From a bacterium (lineage in GTDB: Bacteria; Patescibacteriota; Patescibacteriia; UBA1558; S5-K13), in assembly GCA_029555085.1 (NCBI GenBank), contig JAKPTO010000026.1:1-64000 (forward strand): a DNA stretch of 64,000 nucleotides. Direction: 5' to 3'. The position numbers and the translations under genes were made by a program. Shown here piece after piece: positions 10,087 to 18,602 of this stretch. Under the pieces are notes generated by a model. The model was not told where the DNA came from, made no database searches, and saw only the letters and a list, made by a program, of their open reading frames with translations. Every line of letters starts with the position of its first letter. The first letter of the stretch is position 1.

Positions 10087-11288
10087 AAACTAATATTTTA
10101 ACAGTAAATATAGATAATATAAATTACGAAAAAACTCTTGAAAAAATACAAGAATTTATTAATGATGATAAACAACATTATATCGTAACTCCAAATCCTG
10201 AAATAATTTTAAAAGCAGCGAAGGATCTAAAATACAGAATGATTTTAAATAATGCTGATTTATCATTACCAGATGGATTTGGTATAATACTTGCTTCAAT
10301 ATTTTTAGGAAATCCAATATACACGAGAGTTACTGGATCTGATTTAAGTAATAGATTATTTAAGTTAGCAAACGATAAACAATATAAAATATTTTTACTT
10401 GGTGGTATGGGAGACTCAGCTCAGACTGCAAAAACTAAATTAGAGTTAAAATATAAAGATATAAAAGTTGTGGGCGCCACCAGTGGGTTTGAAAATATAA
10501 AAGACATAAAAGCAGAAGAAAATGAAAGTATTATAAACTCTATAAACAATAGTGGCGCCCAAATACTTTTCGTAGGATATGGCGCGCCATTTCAAGAACA
10601 ATGGATATTTGATAATTTATCAAAAATGCAAAATGTTAAAGTAGCTCTTGGAATTGGCGGGGTGATAGATTTTGCATCTGGATACGCCACAAGAGCGCCA
10701 AAAATATTTCGATGTATTGGTATGGAATGGTTCTGGAGATTAATAACAGAACCATATAGAATAGATAGAATTTTTAATGCGGTTGTAATTTTTTCATGGA
10801 ATGTTTTAAAATGGAAAATACATCTATTAAAACCTTTTAGAAAAAATATAGTCGCTGTAATTATAAATGATAATAATGAAATTCTCGCAATAAAAGAAAA
10901 ATTTGATAAATTTGGTTACAGATTTCCTCAAGGCGGTGTAGAAAAAAATGAAGATCAAAAACAAGCTTTATTAAGAGAAGTATATGAAGAAACTGGATTT
11001 TCAAAATTAAAAATTTTGGGAACAGCCAATAAAGTAATTTCATATTATTGGCCAATGGAATGGAAAGATATACCGAAAGACAAAAAAACATACAATAAAC
11101 AATTTTGTGGTCAAAAGCAAACTGTATATTTTTTAAAAATGACTGAAAATGAAAAATTCAATCCACAAGAAGAAGAAATTGAAGATCACAAATGGCTCAA
11201 AAAAGAAGAATTAGAAAATATAATAATGCCAATTAAAAAACAACTTATAGAAGTAATTTTAGATGAAATTGATAAATATTTAAAATAA
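10083..11288 (+). CDS. WecB/TagA/CpsF glycosyltransferase fused to an RppH-like NUDIX hydrolase
   Basis: N-terminal VTPNPE, PDGFG, RVTGSD, GAPFQE, RAP...EWFWRL. C-terminal NUDIX box GGVEKNEDQKQALLREVYEETG and GQKQ. Confidence 0.9.
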   Translation: MKTNILTVNIDNINYEKTLEKIQEFINDDKQHYIVTPNPEIILKAAKDLKYRMILNNADLSLPDGFGIILASIFLGNPIYTRVTGSDLSNRLFKLANDKQYKIFLLGGMGDSAQTAKTKLELKYKDIKVVGATSGFENIKDIKAEENESIINSINNSGAQILFVGYGAPFQEQWIFDNLSKMQNVKVALGIGGVIDFASGYATRAPKIFRCIGMEWFWRLITEPYRIDRIFNAVVIFSWNVLKWKIHLLKPFRKNIVAVIINDNNEILAIKEKFDKFGYRFPQGGVEKNEDQKQALLREVYEETGFSKLKILGTANKVISYYWPMEWKDIPKDKKTYNKQFCGQKQTVYFLKMTENEKFNPQEEEIEDHKWLKKEELENIIMPIKKQLIEVILDEIDKYLK

Positions 11289-11293
11289 ATAAC

Positions 11294-12727
11294 ATGAATA
11301 TAATAACTCGTTTTGCGCCATCTCCAACAGGATATTTACATATAGGCGGACTTCGTACAGCGCTTTATAATTATTTATTTACCAAAAGTAATAAAGGTAA
11401 ATTTATTTTAAGAATTGAAGATACTGACAGAACTCGTTATGTAAAAGACGCTGACAAACAATTAGTTAACACTATAAAAGCTTTTGGATTAAATTTCGAC
11501 GAAGGTCCAATTTACCAATCACAGAGATTAAAAATATATCAAAAATACGCAAAACAATTAATCAAAGAAAAAAAGGCATATTATTGTTTTTGCACAAAAG
11601 AAAGATTAGATAACTTAAGAAAAAATCAGGAAAAAAATAAACAAGTACCGAAATACGATAGACATTGCCTAAGTTTAACTGATTCAGAAATTCAAAAAAA
11701 ATTAAAAAACAAAGAGCCATATGTAATAAGAATGAAACTCCCAGACAATGAAATTATAAATTTCAATGATTTAGTTTATGGAGAAGTAAAAATAAACACA
11801 AATGATTTAGATGATCAGGTTTTAATAAAATCAGATAGCTTTCCAACATATCATTTAGCTGTTGTTGTTGACGATCATGAAATGAATATAACTCACATAA
11901 TTCGTGGCGAAGAATGGCTCCCATCAACACCAAAACATATTATTCTTTACAAAATGTTTAATTGGGAAATTCCAAATTTCGCGCACTTACCATTACTATT
12001 AAATCCTGATAGATCAAAACTTTCAAAAAGACAAGGAGATGTTTCTGCGGAAGATTTTATAAAAAAAGGATACTTGCCACAAGCGCTAATAAATTATGTT
12101 GCTTTCTTGGGTTGGAATCCAAAAACAGAAAAGGAAATTTATTCAATACAAGAATTAATAAATGATTTTGCAATTGAAAAAGTTAATAAAGCCGGCGCTG
12201 TTTTTGATATAAATAAATTAAATTGGATAAACGCAACTTATATTAGAAATATTGTAGAAAATAAAACAAAACTTGAAAAAGATTACAAATATATTTTAAA
12301 TTTTATAAAAAATATTTTACCAAACACAAATAGGGCAGAGGACATATTAAAAGTATTTTCGCCGAGATTAAATAATATTCAGGAAATAAAAGAATTATCT
12401 AGCTTTATATTTGAACTCCCAAATTATGACAAGAATTTATTAATATTTAAAAAAAGTAATAAAGATTTAACATTAAAAGGATTAGAGGTTGGGCTTCAAA
12501 TTTTAAGCTCAGTAGAGGAGAGTCGCTGGGATCAGGAAAATCTCAATAATGTCCTAAATAATGCCTTAAAACCATCAAATTTGGCCCCAGGAGACTTATT
12601 TTGGCCTATTAGAACCGCTCTTTCAGGACTTGATAAAAGTCCGAGTCCAGCTGAAATACTTTGGGTATTAGGAAAAACTGAAAGTTTAAATAGAATAAAA
12701 ATTGCCATAGAAAAATTAAATACTTAA
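11294..12727 (+). CDS. gltX: Glutamate--tRNA ligase
   Basis: RFAPSPTGYLHIGG, KLSKR. Confidence 0.97.
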   Translation: MNIITRFAPSPTGYLHIGGLRTALYNYLFTKSNKGKFILRIEDTDRTRYVKDADKQLVNTIKAFGLNFDEGPIYQSQRLKIYQKYAKQLIKEKKAYYCFCTKERLDNLRKNQEKNKQVPKYDRHCLSLTDSEIQKKLKNKEPYVIRMKLPDNEIINFNDLVYGEVKINTNDLDDQVLIKSDSFPTYHLAVVVDDHEMNITHIIRGEEWLPSTPKHIILYKMFNWEIPNFAHLPLLLNPDRSKLSKRQGDVSAEDFIKKGYLPQALINYVAFLGWNPKTEKEIYSIQELINDFAIEKVNKAGAVFDINKLNWINATYIRNIVENKTKLEKDYKYILNFIKNILPNTNRAEDILKVFSPRLNNIQEIKELSSFIFELPNYDKNLLIFKKSNKDLTLKGLEVGLQILSSVEESRWDQENLNNVLNNALKPSNLAPGDLFWPIRTALSGLDKSPSPAEILWVLGKTESLNRIKIAIEKLNT

Positions 12728-12770
12728 ATTGTTTCTCGACTAGAATCAATAAAAATATTATAATTATATT

Positions 12771-13979
12771 ATGAATATAAAAATAAAACAGAATAAAAAA
12801 ATTCTAGTAATTTTATTAATTGCTTTTGTTTTTTTTCCTGTTATAAAAATAAAATCAGAAACTATTGATGAATTAAATCAAAAAATTACTGAACAAAAAA
12901 GAGCAATAGAAGAATTAAACAGTCAACAACAAACATACAAAGTAAAGATTAGACAAAAACAACAAGAAGCAAAAAGTTTAAATAATGAAATTTCAATACT
13001 TGATAATCAGATAGCTGCTAGAACCCTAGGAGTTCAGACAACAAAGCTCCAAATAGACAACATGGATATGGAAATGAAAGCAATTCAACTTGAAATAGAA
13101 AAAAAAGAAAAAGAAATTGAAGTAAATAAAGAAAGTTTAAAAAATTCAATTCAAGAATTATACAAAAAAGAAGCGAAAAATGACGCATTAAAAATCTTAT
13201 TACTAAACGACAATATAAGTGATTTTTTTGATGAAATAAATCAGTTAAAATCTCTTCAATCAAATCTACAACAAAAAGTAAATGAATTAAATAATTCAAA
13301 AACTTGGCTTGAAGAAAAAAACAAAACTTTAGAAAATTCAAAAGCAGAGTTAGTAAGATTGGAGCAACAATTAGAAGGAGAGCAATTGCGATTAAAAGGC
13401 GATCAAGATGTAAAATTTATGTATTTATCTCGTGCGCAAAACGACGAGAAGAAATTCCAAAATCTACTTGTTGAACTTAGAAAAGAACAACAGCAAGCCA
13501 ATGCCATGATTTCTCAATATGAGACAAAGGCAAGGACATTATTAGCATCAAAAAAAGGACAAATTCAAGATACTGGCGATTTCATTTGGCCAGTTCCATC
13601 AAAACATGTAACCGCGTATTTTCATGATCCAGATTATCCATTTAGAACAGTATTTGAACATCCTGCTATAGATATAAGAGCATCTCAAGGTACTCCTGTT
13701 AAGGCCTCGGCTTCTGGCTATGTAGCAATAGCAAAAGACAATGGAATGGGATATAATTATATATTATTAGTTCATAATAATGGTATTTCTACGGTTTATG
13801 GTCATATTTCAAAAATATATGTAAAAACTGGGGACTTTGTAATGCAAGGTGATACAATAGGACTATCTGGCGGTATGCCAGGAACTCCTGGTGCAGGACG
13901 ACTTACAACAGGACCACATTTACACTTTGAGGTAAGAGTTAATGGTGTTGCTGTAAATCCTTTAAATTATTTAAAATAA
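12771..13979 (+). CDS. Coiled-coil M23 peptidase (murein hydrolase/EnvC-like)
   Basis: Signal/TM segment, long coiled coil, HPAIDI, YGH, TGPHLHFEVR. Confidence 0.9.
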   Translation: MNIKIKQNKKILVILLIAFVFFPVIKIKSETIDELNQKITEQKRAIEELNSQQQTYKVKIRQKQQEAKSLNNEISILDNQIAARTLGVQTTKLQIDNMDMEMKAIQLEIEKKEKEIEVNKESLKNSIQELYKKEAKNDALKILLLNDNISDFFDEINQLKSLQSNLQQKVNELNNSKTWLEEKNKTLENSKAELVRLEQQLEGEQLRLKGDQDVKFMYLSRAQNDEKKFQNLLVELRKEQQQANAMISQYETKARTLLASKKGQIQDTGDFIWPVPSKHVTAYFHDPDYPFRTVFEHPAIDIRASQGTPVKASASGYVAIAKDNGMGYNYILLVHNNGISTVYGHISKIYVKTGDFVMQGDTIGLSGGMPGTPGAGRLTTGPHLHFEVRVNGVAVNPLNYLK

Positions 13980-13994
13980 AAAATAAATAAAATG

Positions 13995-14022
13995 AAAAAT
14001 AGATCGCGTATGATCTATTTTT
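13995..14022. terminator. Bidirectional intrinsic terminator between convergent genes
   Basis: AAAAATAGATC-N6-GATCTATTTTT. Confidence 0.75.
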
Positions 14023-14034
14023 TATTATAAAAAA

Positions 14035-15009
14035 TTATTGTAGTGGGTGAAATTTATGATGGACACTTTCTGCAAACTTGTCAGATGCATGAACATATCT
14101 AGTTGTTGTATCTAGCGATTCGTGACCTAAAAGTATTTGTATGGCCGCAGGACTCGCTCCGTTTTCCGCTAAATAAGTCGCAAATCCATGTCGAAGCGAA
14201 TGTGCTGATATTGGAATGTTTATATCTAACATTTCTCTGTATTGTTTTATTTTAGCTTGCAAATAATTAGTTGAAATACATGCGTCTCTTTTAGATGAAT
14301 TTCTCCCACGCAATGGCGCAAACAATCTTTTTTGATTATCTTTGCGCATTGATAAATAAGTATTTAAATATTTTTTTGATCTTTCTGTTAAATAAACAAA
14401 TCTTTCTTTCTTTCCCTTTCCTAAAACAAAAACCCTGCCTTGTTTATCAATTGCATCAATATTTAAAGAAACAAGTTCTGAAATTCTCATTCCAGTTGAA
14501 AACAAAACTTCAAGCATTGCGCGATTACGAGCAGCTACGATTTTATTCGTTTCTATTTGCGATGGAAATTCAATCAATTTTATAAGCGCTTCAAGTTCTG
14601 GAACTTTTGGATGCTTTTTTATATTTTTAACGAGTTTAATATATTCAGGAAGAATTGAAGTTTTTTGATCATGTTCGATTAAGTATCTTAGATAAGCGCG
14701 AAGAGATGATAACATTCTATTTACAGAATACGATGATAATTTAGATTGTGCCTTTTTCTGATTACTTGTTGATCTGTCAATAGAGTAGAGGTATGCTTTA
14801 TATCTATCAATGTGTAATTTATCCAATTTATTAAAGTCCAAATTCTCTGAATCTAAAAAATTTATAAAACAATTTACATCTCGTTCATAATTATAAATTG
14901 TTTCAGGGGAATAATTATTAACTTTTAAAGAAAGCAAAAAATCATCAAAAAGAGGGAGTACAGGTCTTTTTTTTGATGTTTTGTTTGATTGTGACTTATT
15001 TTGGCTCAT
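14035..15009 (-). CDS. Xer-family tyrosine recombinase
   Basis: N-terminal SAM-like domain (YSPETIYNY). Catalytic TGMRISEL (R), GKGKKER (K), HSLRH, LGH, TTTRY (Y). Confidence 0.93.
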   Translation of the reverse strand: MSQNKSQSNKTSKKRPVLPLFDDFLLSLKVNNYSPETIYNYERDVNCFINFLDSENLDFNKLDKLHIDRYKAYLYSIDRSTSNQKKAQSKLSSYSVNRMLSSLRAYLRYLIEHDQKTSILPEYIKLVKNIKKHPKVPELEALIKLIEFPSQIETNKIVAARNRAMLEVLFSTGMRISELVSLNIDAIDKQGRVFVLGKGKKERFVYLTERSKKYLNTYLSMRKDNQKRLFAPLRGRNSSKRDACISTNYLQAKIKQYREMLDINIPISAHSLRHGFATYLAENGASPAAIQILLGHESLDTTTRYVHASDKFAESVHHKFHPLQ

Positions 15010-15016
15010 ATATTTA

Positions 15017-15044
15017 ACTGAGTATAATATCCCTTACACTCAGT
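15017..15044. other. Candidate dif-like Xer recombination site
   Basis: ACTGAGTATAA-TATCCC-TTACACTCAGT: 11-6-11 layout, arms 10/11 symmetric, with the TAA-N6-TTA core of dif sites; 7 bp upstream of the xer start codon. Confidence 0.7.
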
Positions 15045-15047
15045 TAT

Positions 15048-15076
15048 ATTATAGCATATGCTCAATTTTTATCAAA
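15048..15076 (-). promoter_or_regulatory. Sigma70-type promoter of xer (extended -10)
   Basis: Minus strand TTGATA/TTTGAT, 16-17 bp spacer ending TGC, then TATAAT. Predicted start site falls inside the dif-like site. Confidence 0.55.
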
Positions 15077-15394
15077 TCAATAAAGAAGTATGTATCTTCT
15101 TTTATCTTCTTTATAATTATATAAGTGATAAATATTTTTTGTGATTTTTTATAGTTTTTTACTTATAAAAATTACTTTTTTAATATGTTTTATGAACAGA
15201 TTTTATTTTGACTAGGACTTGTATCACAAATTTTTTAAATTTATCAACTTTTATATAAATTTTTTAAAATACCCTATATTACTCTATTTATAAAAAAATT
15301 TTAATTACGAAGAATAATTTACTAAACCTAGACATTGTTTAAATAAATACTTCTCTACCCCGGAATCTTTCTATTCTCTACACTACTCTTTTAT

Positions 15395-15423
15395 TTGACA
15401 ATATTATATAAAAATGTTATAAT
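15395..15423 (+). promoter_or_regulatory. Perfect-consensus sigma70 promoter facing antisense into the ftsQ-like gene
   Basis: TTGACA-17bp(...TGT)-TATAAT. Confidence 0.5.
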
Positions 15424-15424
15424 A

Positions 15425-16465
15425 TTATTTAATAATTATTTGATCTTTGTATCTCAAATCAATGTATTCAATATTTTGAATATCATAATTTTTTTCTTCT
15501 ACTACATACTTATATAAATTTGTAATTTGAGTATCTATATCTGAATTAAATTCAAAAAATATTTTAAAATTATTTTGAGTTATTGCAATCATTGTATTTG
15601 GTTTTAACTTTTCGTATTCATAATTTACAATTTGCATCTGTGAAAATTTTTTCTCATAACTATCATTTAGATAAATCAATTTACCTAAAAAATCTTTGTC
15701 TAAAAATTCTTTTCCTATTTCTGGAATGCTTTCAAATTTTTCTTCATAAAGTTCCTGAACTCTCGAAACTTCTTTTATAATTTTTTCCCCATCTACATCT
15801 TCCAATATATAAACACTTGAAGAGCTTTGTTTATATTGGGGATCGTTTACTAATAATTCATTTTGTTCATCAATTTCTTTTTGATTAACTAAAACTTTTT
15901 GAGGAATTTCATTTATTTTTATCACTTCGCTTGTAATCAATTTTCCACTTGCATCAGACAGGGCGACTCCATCTCTGTCAATTAAAAATTCACTATCTTT
16001 TTGTTTATACAAAACAACTCCGGTCTTTTCTTTCAAAACAATCGAAAGTCCATGAATTCCTCGTCTTTTTATCTTTAAATAATCTAAAAAATATTTTGAC
16101 GAAAGTTGTTTTTCTAATTTTTTTGTAGAAAAAAAGAAATAATTATCATTGGCAAATATTAACAAATTATTTTTACTTAAATAATTCATGGTTTCATTCT
16201 CTATTTCTTGAGTTGGTATTTCATTATTGCCTTCAATTATAATAGATTTAATTTGAAAATAAGGGGAAAAAAAGAAAAAATAAATGCAGTACATCCCAAC
16301 AAAAATAAAAAAAAGCTGCAATACTCTTTTTTGCCAAGATACAGAGCTTGAAAAATATTCATTCACTCTATGTTTAACGCATTTTCTTTTTGGTTTTCTA
16401 AAAAAACCTCTTTTGTTATTGAAGTTATTTACTCTCCTTGGTTTTAATGCGTAATTATTATACAT
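15425..16465 (-). CDS. FtsQ/DivIB-like POTRA-domain protein
   Basis: Basic N-terminus, single TM, FFSPYFQIKSIIIEGN POTRA start, C-terminal EYIDLRY. Confidence 0.8.
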   Translation of the reverse strand: MYNNYALKPRRVNNFNNKRGFFRKPKRKCVKHRVNEYFSSSVSWQKRVLQLFFIFVGMYCIYFFFFSPYFQIKSIIIEGNNEIPTQEIENETMNYLSKNNLLIFANDNYFFFSTKKLEKQLSSKYFLDYLKIKRRGIHGLSIVLKEKTGVVLYKQKDSEFLIDRDGVALSDASGKLITSEVIKINEIPQKVLVNQKEIDEQNELLVNDPQYKQSSSSVYILEDVDGEKIIKEVSRVQELYEEKFESIPEIGKEFLDKDFLGKLIYLNDSYEKKFSQMQIVNYEYEKLKPNTMIAITQNNFKIFFEFNSDIDTQITNLYKYVVEEKNYDIQNIEYIDLRYKDQIIIK

Positions 16466-16508
16466 ATCAAAAAAAATTTCAAAAACACAAATTAAAATAC
16501 AAATTTAA

Positions 16509-17753
16509 TTATTTTTCTAAGCTAATTTTTTTAAATGGTAAATATGCTTGTAAAACTTTTGGAATTTTTATTGAACCGTCTTTTTGCTGAAATTGTTCTA
16601 CTATCGCTGGAAACAAACGGCTAGTTGCAAGCCCTGATGCATTAAGTGTGTGCACAAATTCATTTTTATCTGTCTTTTTATCTTTAAACCTGATATTTCC
16701 TCTTCTCGCCTGATAATCAAGCGCATTTGAGATACTGCTTACTTCTTTATAGTTATTCATACTTGGAATCCAAACCTCTATATCTACTGTCTTGCTCATT
16801 GCCGCACTAGCATCTTCAGCTGCAAGCTGAACTGTTCTAAAATGCAATTCCAATCCTTCCATTAATTTTTCTGCATTGTCTTTTAATTCTTCAAATGATT
16901 TCCATGAATCTTTTGGCTTTGTAAATTGAAACATTTCTATTTTATTGAATTGATGGCCTCTTATCATACCTCTCTCCTCTGTTCTGTATGATCCAGCTTC
17001 GCGCCTAAAACACGGAGAATATGCAAAATATTTAATTGGTAATTTTTTTTCATCGAGTACTTCATCTCTATGATAATTATCAAGCATCATTTCGCTTGTC
17101 GCATTTAAACATAGCCCATCCTCTACCCAAAATAAATCTTCTCTGAATTTTGGTAAATGTCCAGAAGCATAAGCAGATGCTTCGTTTAACATAAATGGCG
17201 GAATTATAAATGTATATTTATTAGCTTTATGAAAATCAATAAAATAATTAAGCAATGCCCACTCTAAAAGCGCTCCATTTCCAGTATAAGCCCAAAAACC
17301 GCTTCCTGATATTTTTACAGCTCTTTCATAATCAATAAGTCCGCATAATTTACAAAGCTCAACATGGTCTTTTATCGGAAAATCAAATTTAGGCTTATCT
17401 TTGTATGTATTTATAACTTTATTATTTTCTTTTCCACCTGGCAGAACATCATCAGCTGGAATATTTGGAAGTTCTGATAATTTCTCCTTAAATTCTTTTT
17501 CTACATTTTCTAAATCTTCATCGAATTTTTTAATTTTTTCACCAAGCTCTCTCATTTTCTTAATGATTTCTTCAGATGGTTTTGTTTTTGAATATTTATT
17601 TCTTTCTGATTTTAACTCATCAGTTTCTTGAATTAATTTTTTTCTTTTGTCGTCTAAACTTATAATAATATCCAAATCAACACTTTCCATTCTTTTTAAA
17701 AGCGCTTTTTTTACTTCCTCTTTTTGTTCTCGTATTTTATTTATATCAAGCAT
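16509..17753 (-). CDS. serS: Serine--tRNA ligase
   Basis: MLDI start, ATSE, FRREAG, RGHQFNKIE, HTLNASGLA. Confidence 0.97.
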   Translation of the reverse strand: MLDINKIREQKEEVKKALLKRMESVDLDIIISLDDKRKKLIQETDELKSERNKYSKTKPSEEIIKKMRELGEKIKKFDEDLENVEKEFKEKLSELPNIPADDVLPGGKENNKVINTYKDKPKFDFPIKDHVELCKLCGLIDYERAVKISGSGFWAYTGNGALLEWALLNYFIDFHKANKYTFIIPPFMLNEASAYASGHLPKFREDLFWVEDGLCLNATSEMMLDNYHRDEVLDEKKLPIKYFAYSPCFRREAGSYRTEERGMIRGHQFNKIEMFQFTKPKDSWKSFEELKDNAEKLMEGLELHFRTVQLAAEDASAAMSKTVDIEVWIPSMNNYKEVSSISNALDYQARRGNIRFKDKKTDKNEFVHTLNASGLATSRLFPAIVEQFQQKDGSIKIPKVLQAYLPFKKISLEK

Positions 17754-17766
17754 ATAATTTTAATTA

Positions 17767-18453
17767 TTATTTTTCAATTATAATATCTTTTATTTCATCA
17801 CCTTGCTTAATAGAGTTTACAATATTTTGTCCTGATACAACTCGACCAAAAATTGTATGTTTTCCATTTAGCCATGGCGTTTCTAAATGTGTTATAAAAA
17901 TTTGAGATCCGTTTGTATTTGCGCCTGAATTTGCCATAGCAAGAACTCCAGGTTTATCAAATTTTAAATCACCATTAAATTCATCTTCAAATTTATATCC
18001 AGGACCACCGGTTCCTGCAATTGGTAAATTATTTGGATTTTTTTGTGGATCATAAACAAAATCTTTATCTACTGTTCCTTTTGTGTTTGGATCTCCGGTC
18101 TGAATCATAAAATCCTCTATAACTCTATGAAATTTTATTCCTTTATAGAATCCTCTATTTATAAGATAAACAAAATTCCCTACTGTAATAGGGGCTTTGC
18201 TTCCATAAACATCTAGTTTTATGTCGCCTCTATTTGTCTTTATTGTAACATTTATATCTTTATCAAATTTTTCAAATGGATATTGCATTTTATTTTCTAC
18301 CTCGCTCTGTCGAGATGAATTATTTGTTAAATTATTCTTTGCGATATTTTGATTTTGAGTGTTGTCTGTATTATTAATTTCCTGATTGGTATTTTTTATA
18401 GAACACGCAGTCAAGATTAATAAAAGAAAAACAACGACAAATATTTTTTTCAT
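17767..18453 (-). CDS. Cyclophilin-type peptidyl-prolyl isomerase, lipoprotein
   Basis: Lipobox LTAC; FHRVIEDFMIQTGDP, AMANSG, NGSQIFIT, WLNGKHTIFG. Confidence 0.93.
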   Translation of the reverse strand: MKKIFVVVFLLLILTACSIKNTNQEINNTDNTQNQNIAKNNLTNNSSRQSEVENKMQYPFEKFDKDINVTIKTNRGDIKLDVYGSKAPITVGNFVYLINRGFYKGIKFHRVIEDFMIQTGDPNTKGTVDKDFVYDPQKNPNNLPIAGTGGPGYKFEDEFNGDLKFDKPGVLAMANSGANTNGSQIFITHLETPWLNGKHTIFGRVVSGQNIVNSIKQGDEIKDIIIEK

Positions 18454-18492
18454 AAATTTATTGAGAAAACTTTTACTTGTTTCTACTCCTCT

Positions 18493-18570
18493 TTGTAATC
18501 CTGAATTTATTTCAGAATCTCAAAAATCACCTTTCTATTTTGAGATCCCGGATCAAGTCCGGAATGACAA
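18493..18570. repeat. REP-like composite palindromic element
   Basis: TTGTAATCCTGAATTTATTTCAGAATCTCAAAA-N12-TTTTGAGATCCCGGATCAAGTCCGGAATGACAA. Two inverted units, each an internal hairpin. Confidence 0.7.
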
Positions 18571-18602
18571 ATGGGTAAAAATTTTCTTTTTAATGTATTA
18601 AA

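Noticed and set aside
14035-15009. Tyrosine recombinase as a prophage or island integrase
   Set aside because: Flanked by housekeeping genes, Xer-like size, no cargo and no adjacent tRNA att site.
18386-18601. 71-aa + strand ORF
   Set aside because: Largely a translation of the palindromic repeat and antisense to the cyclophilin start.
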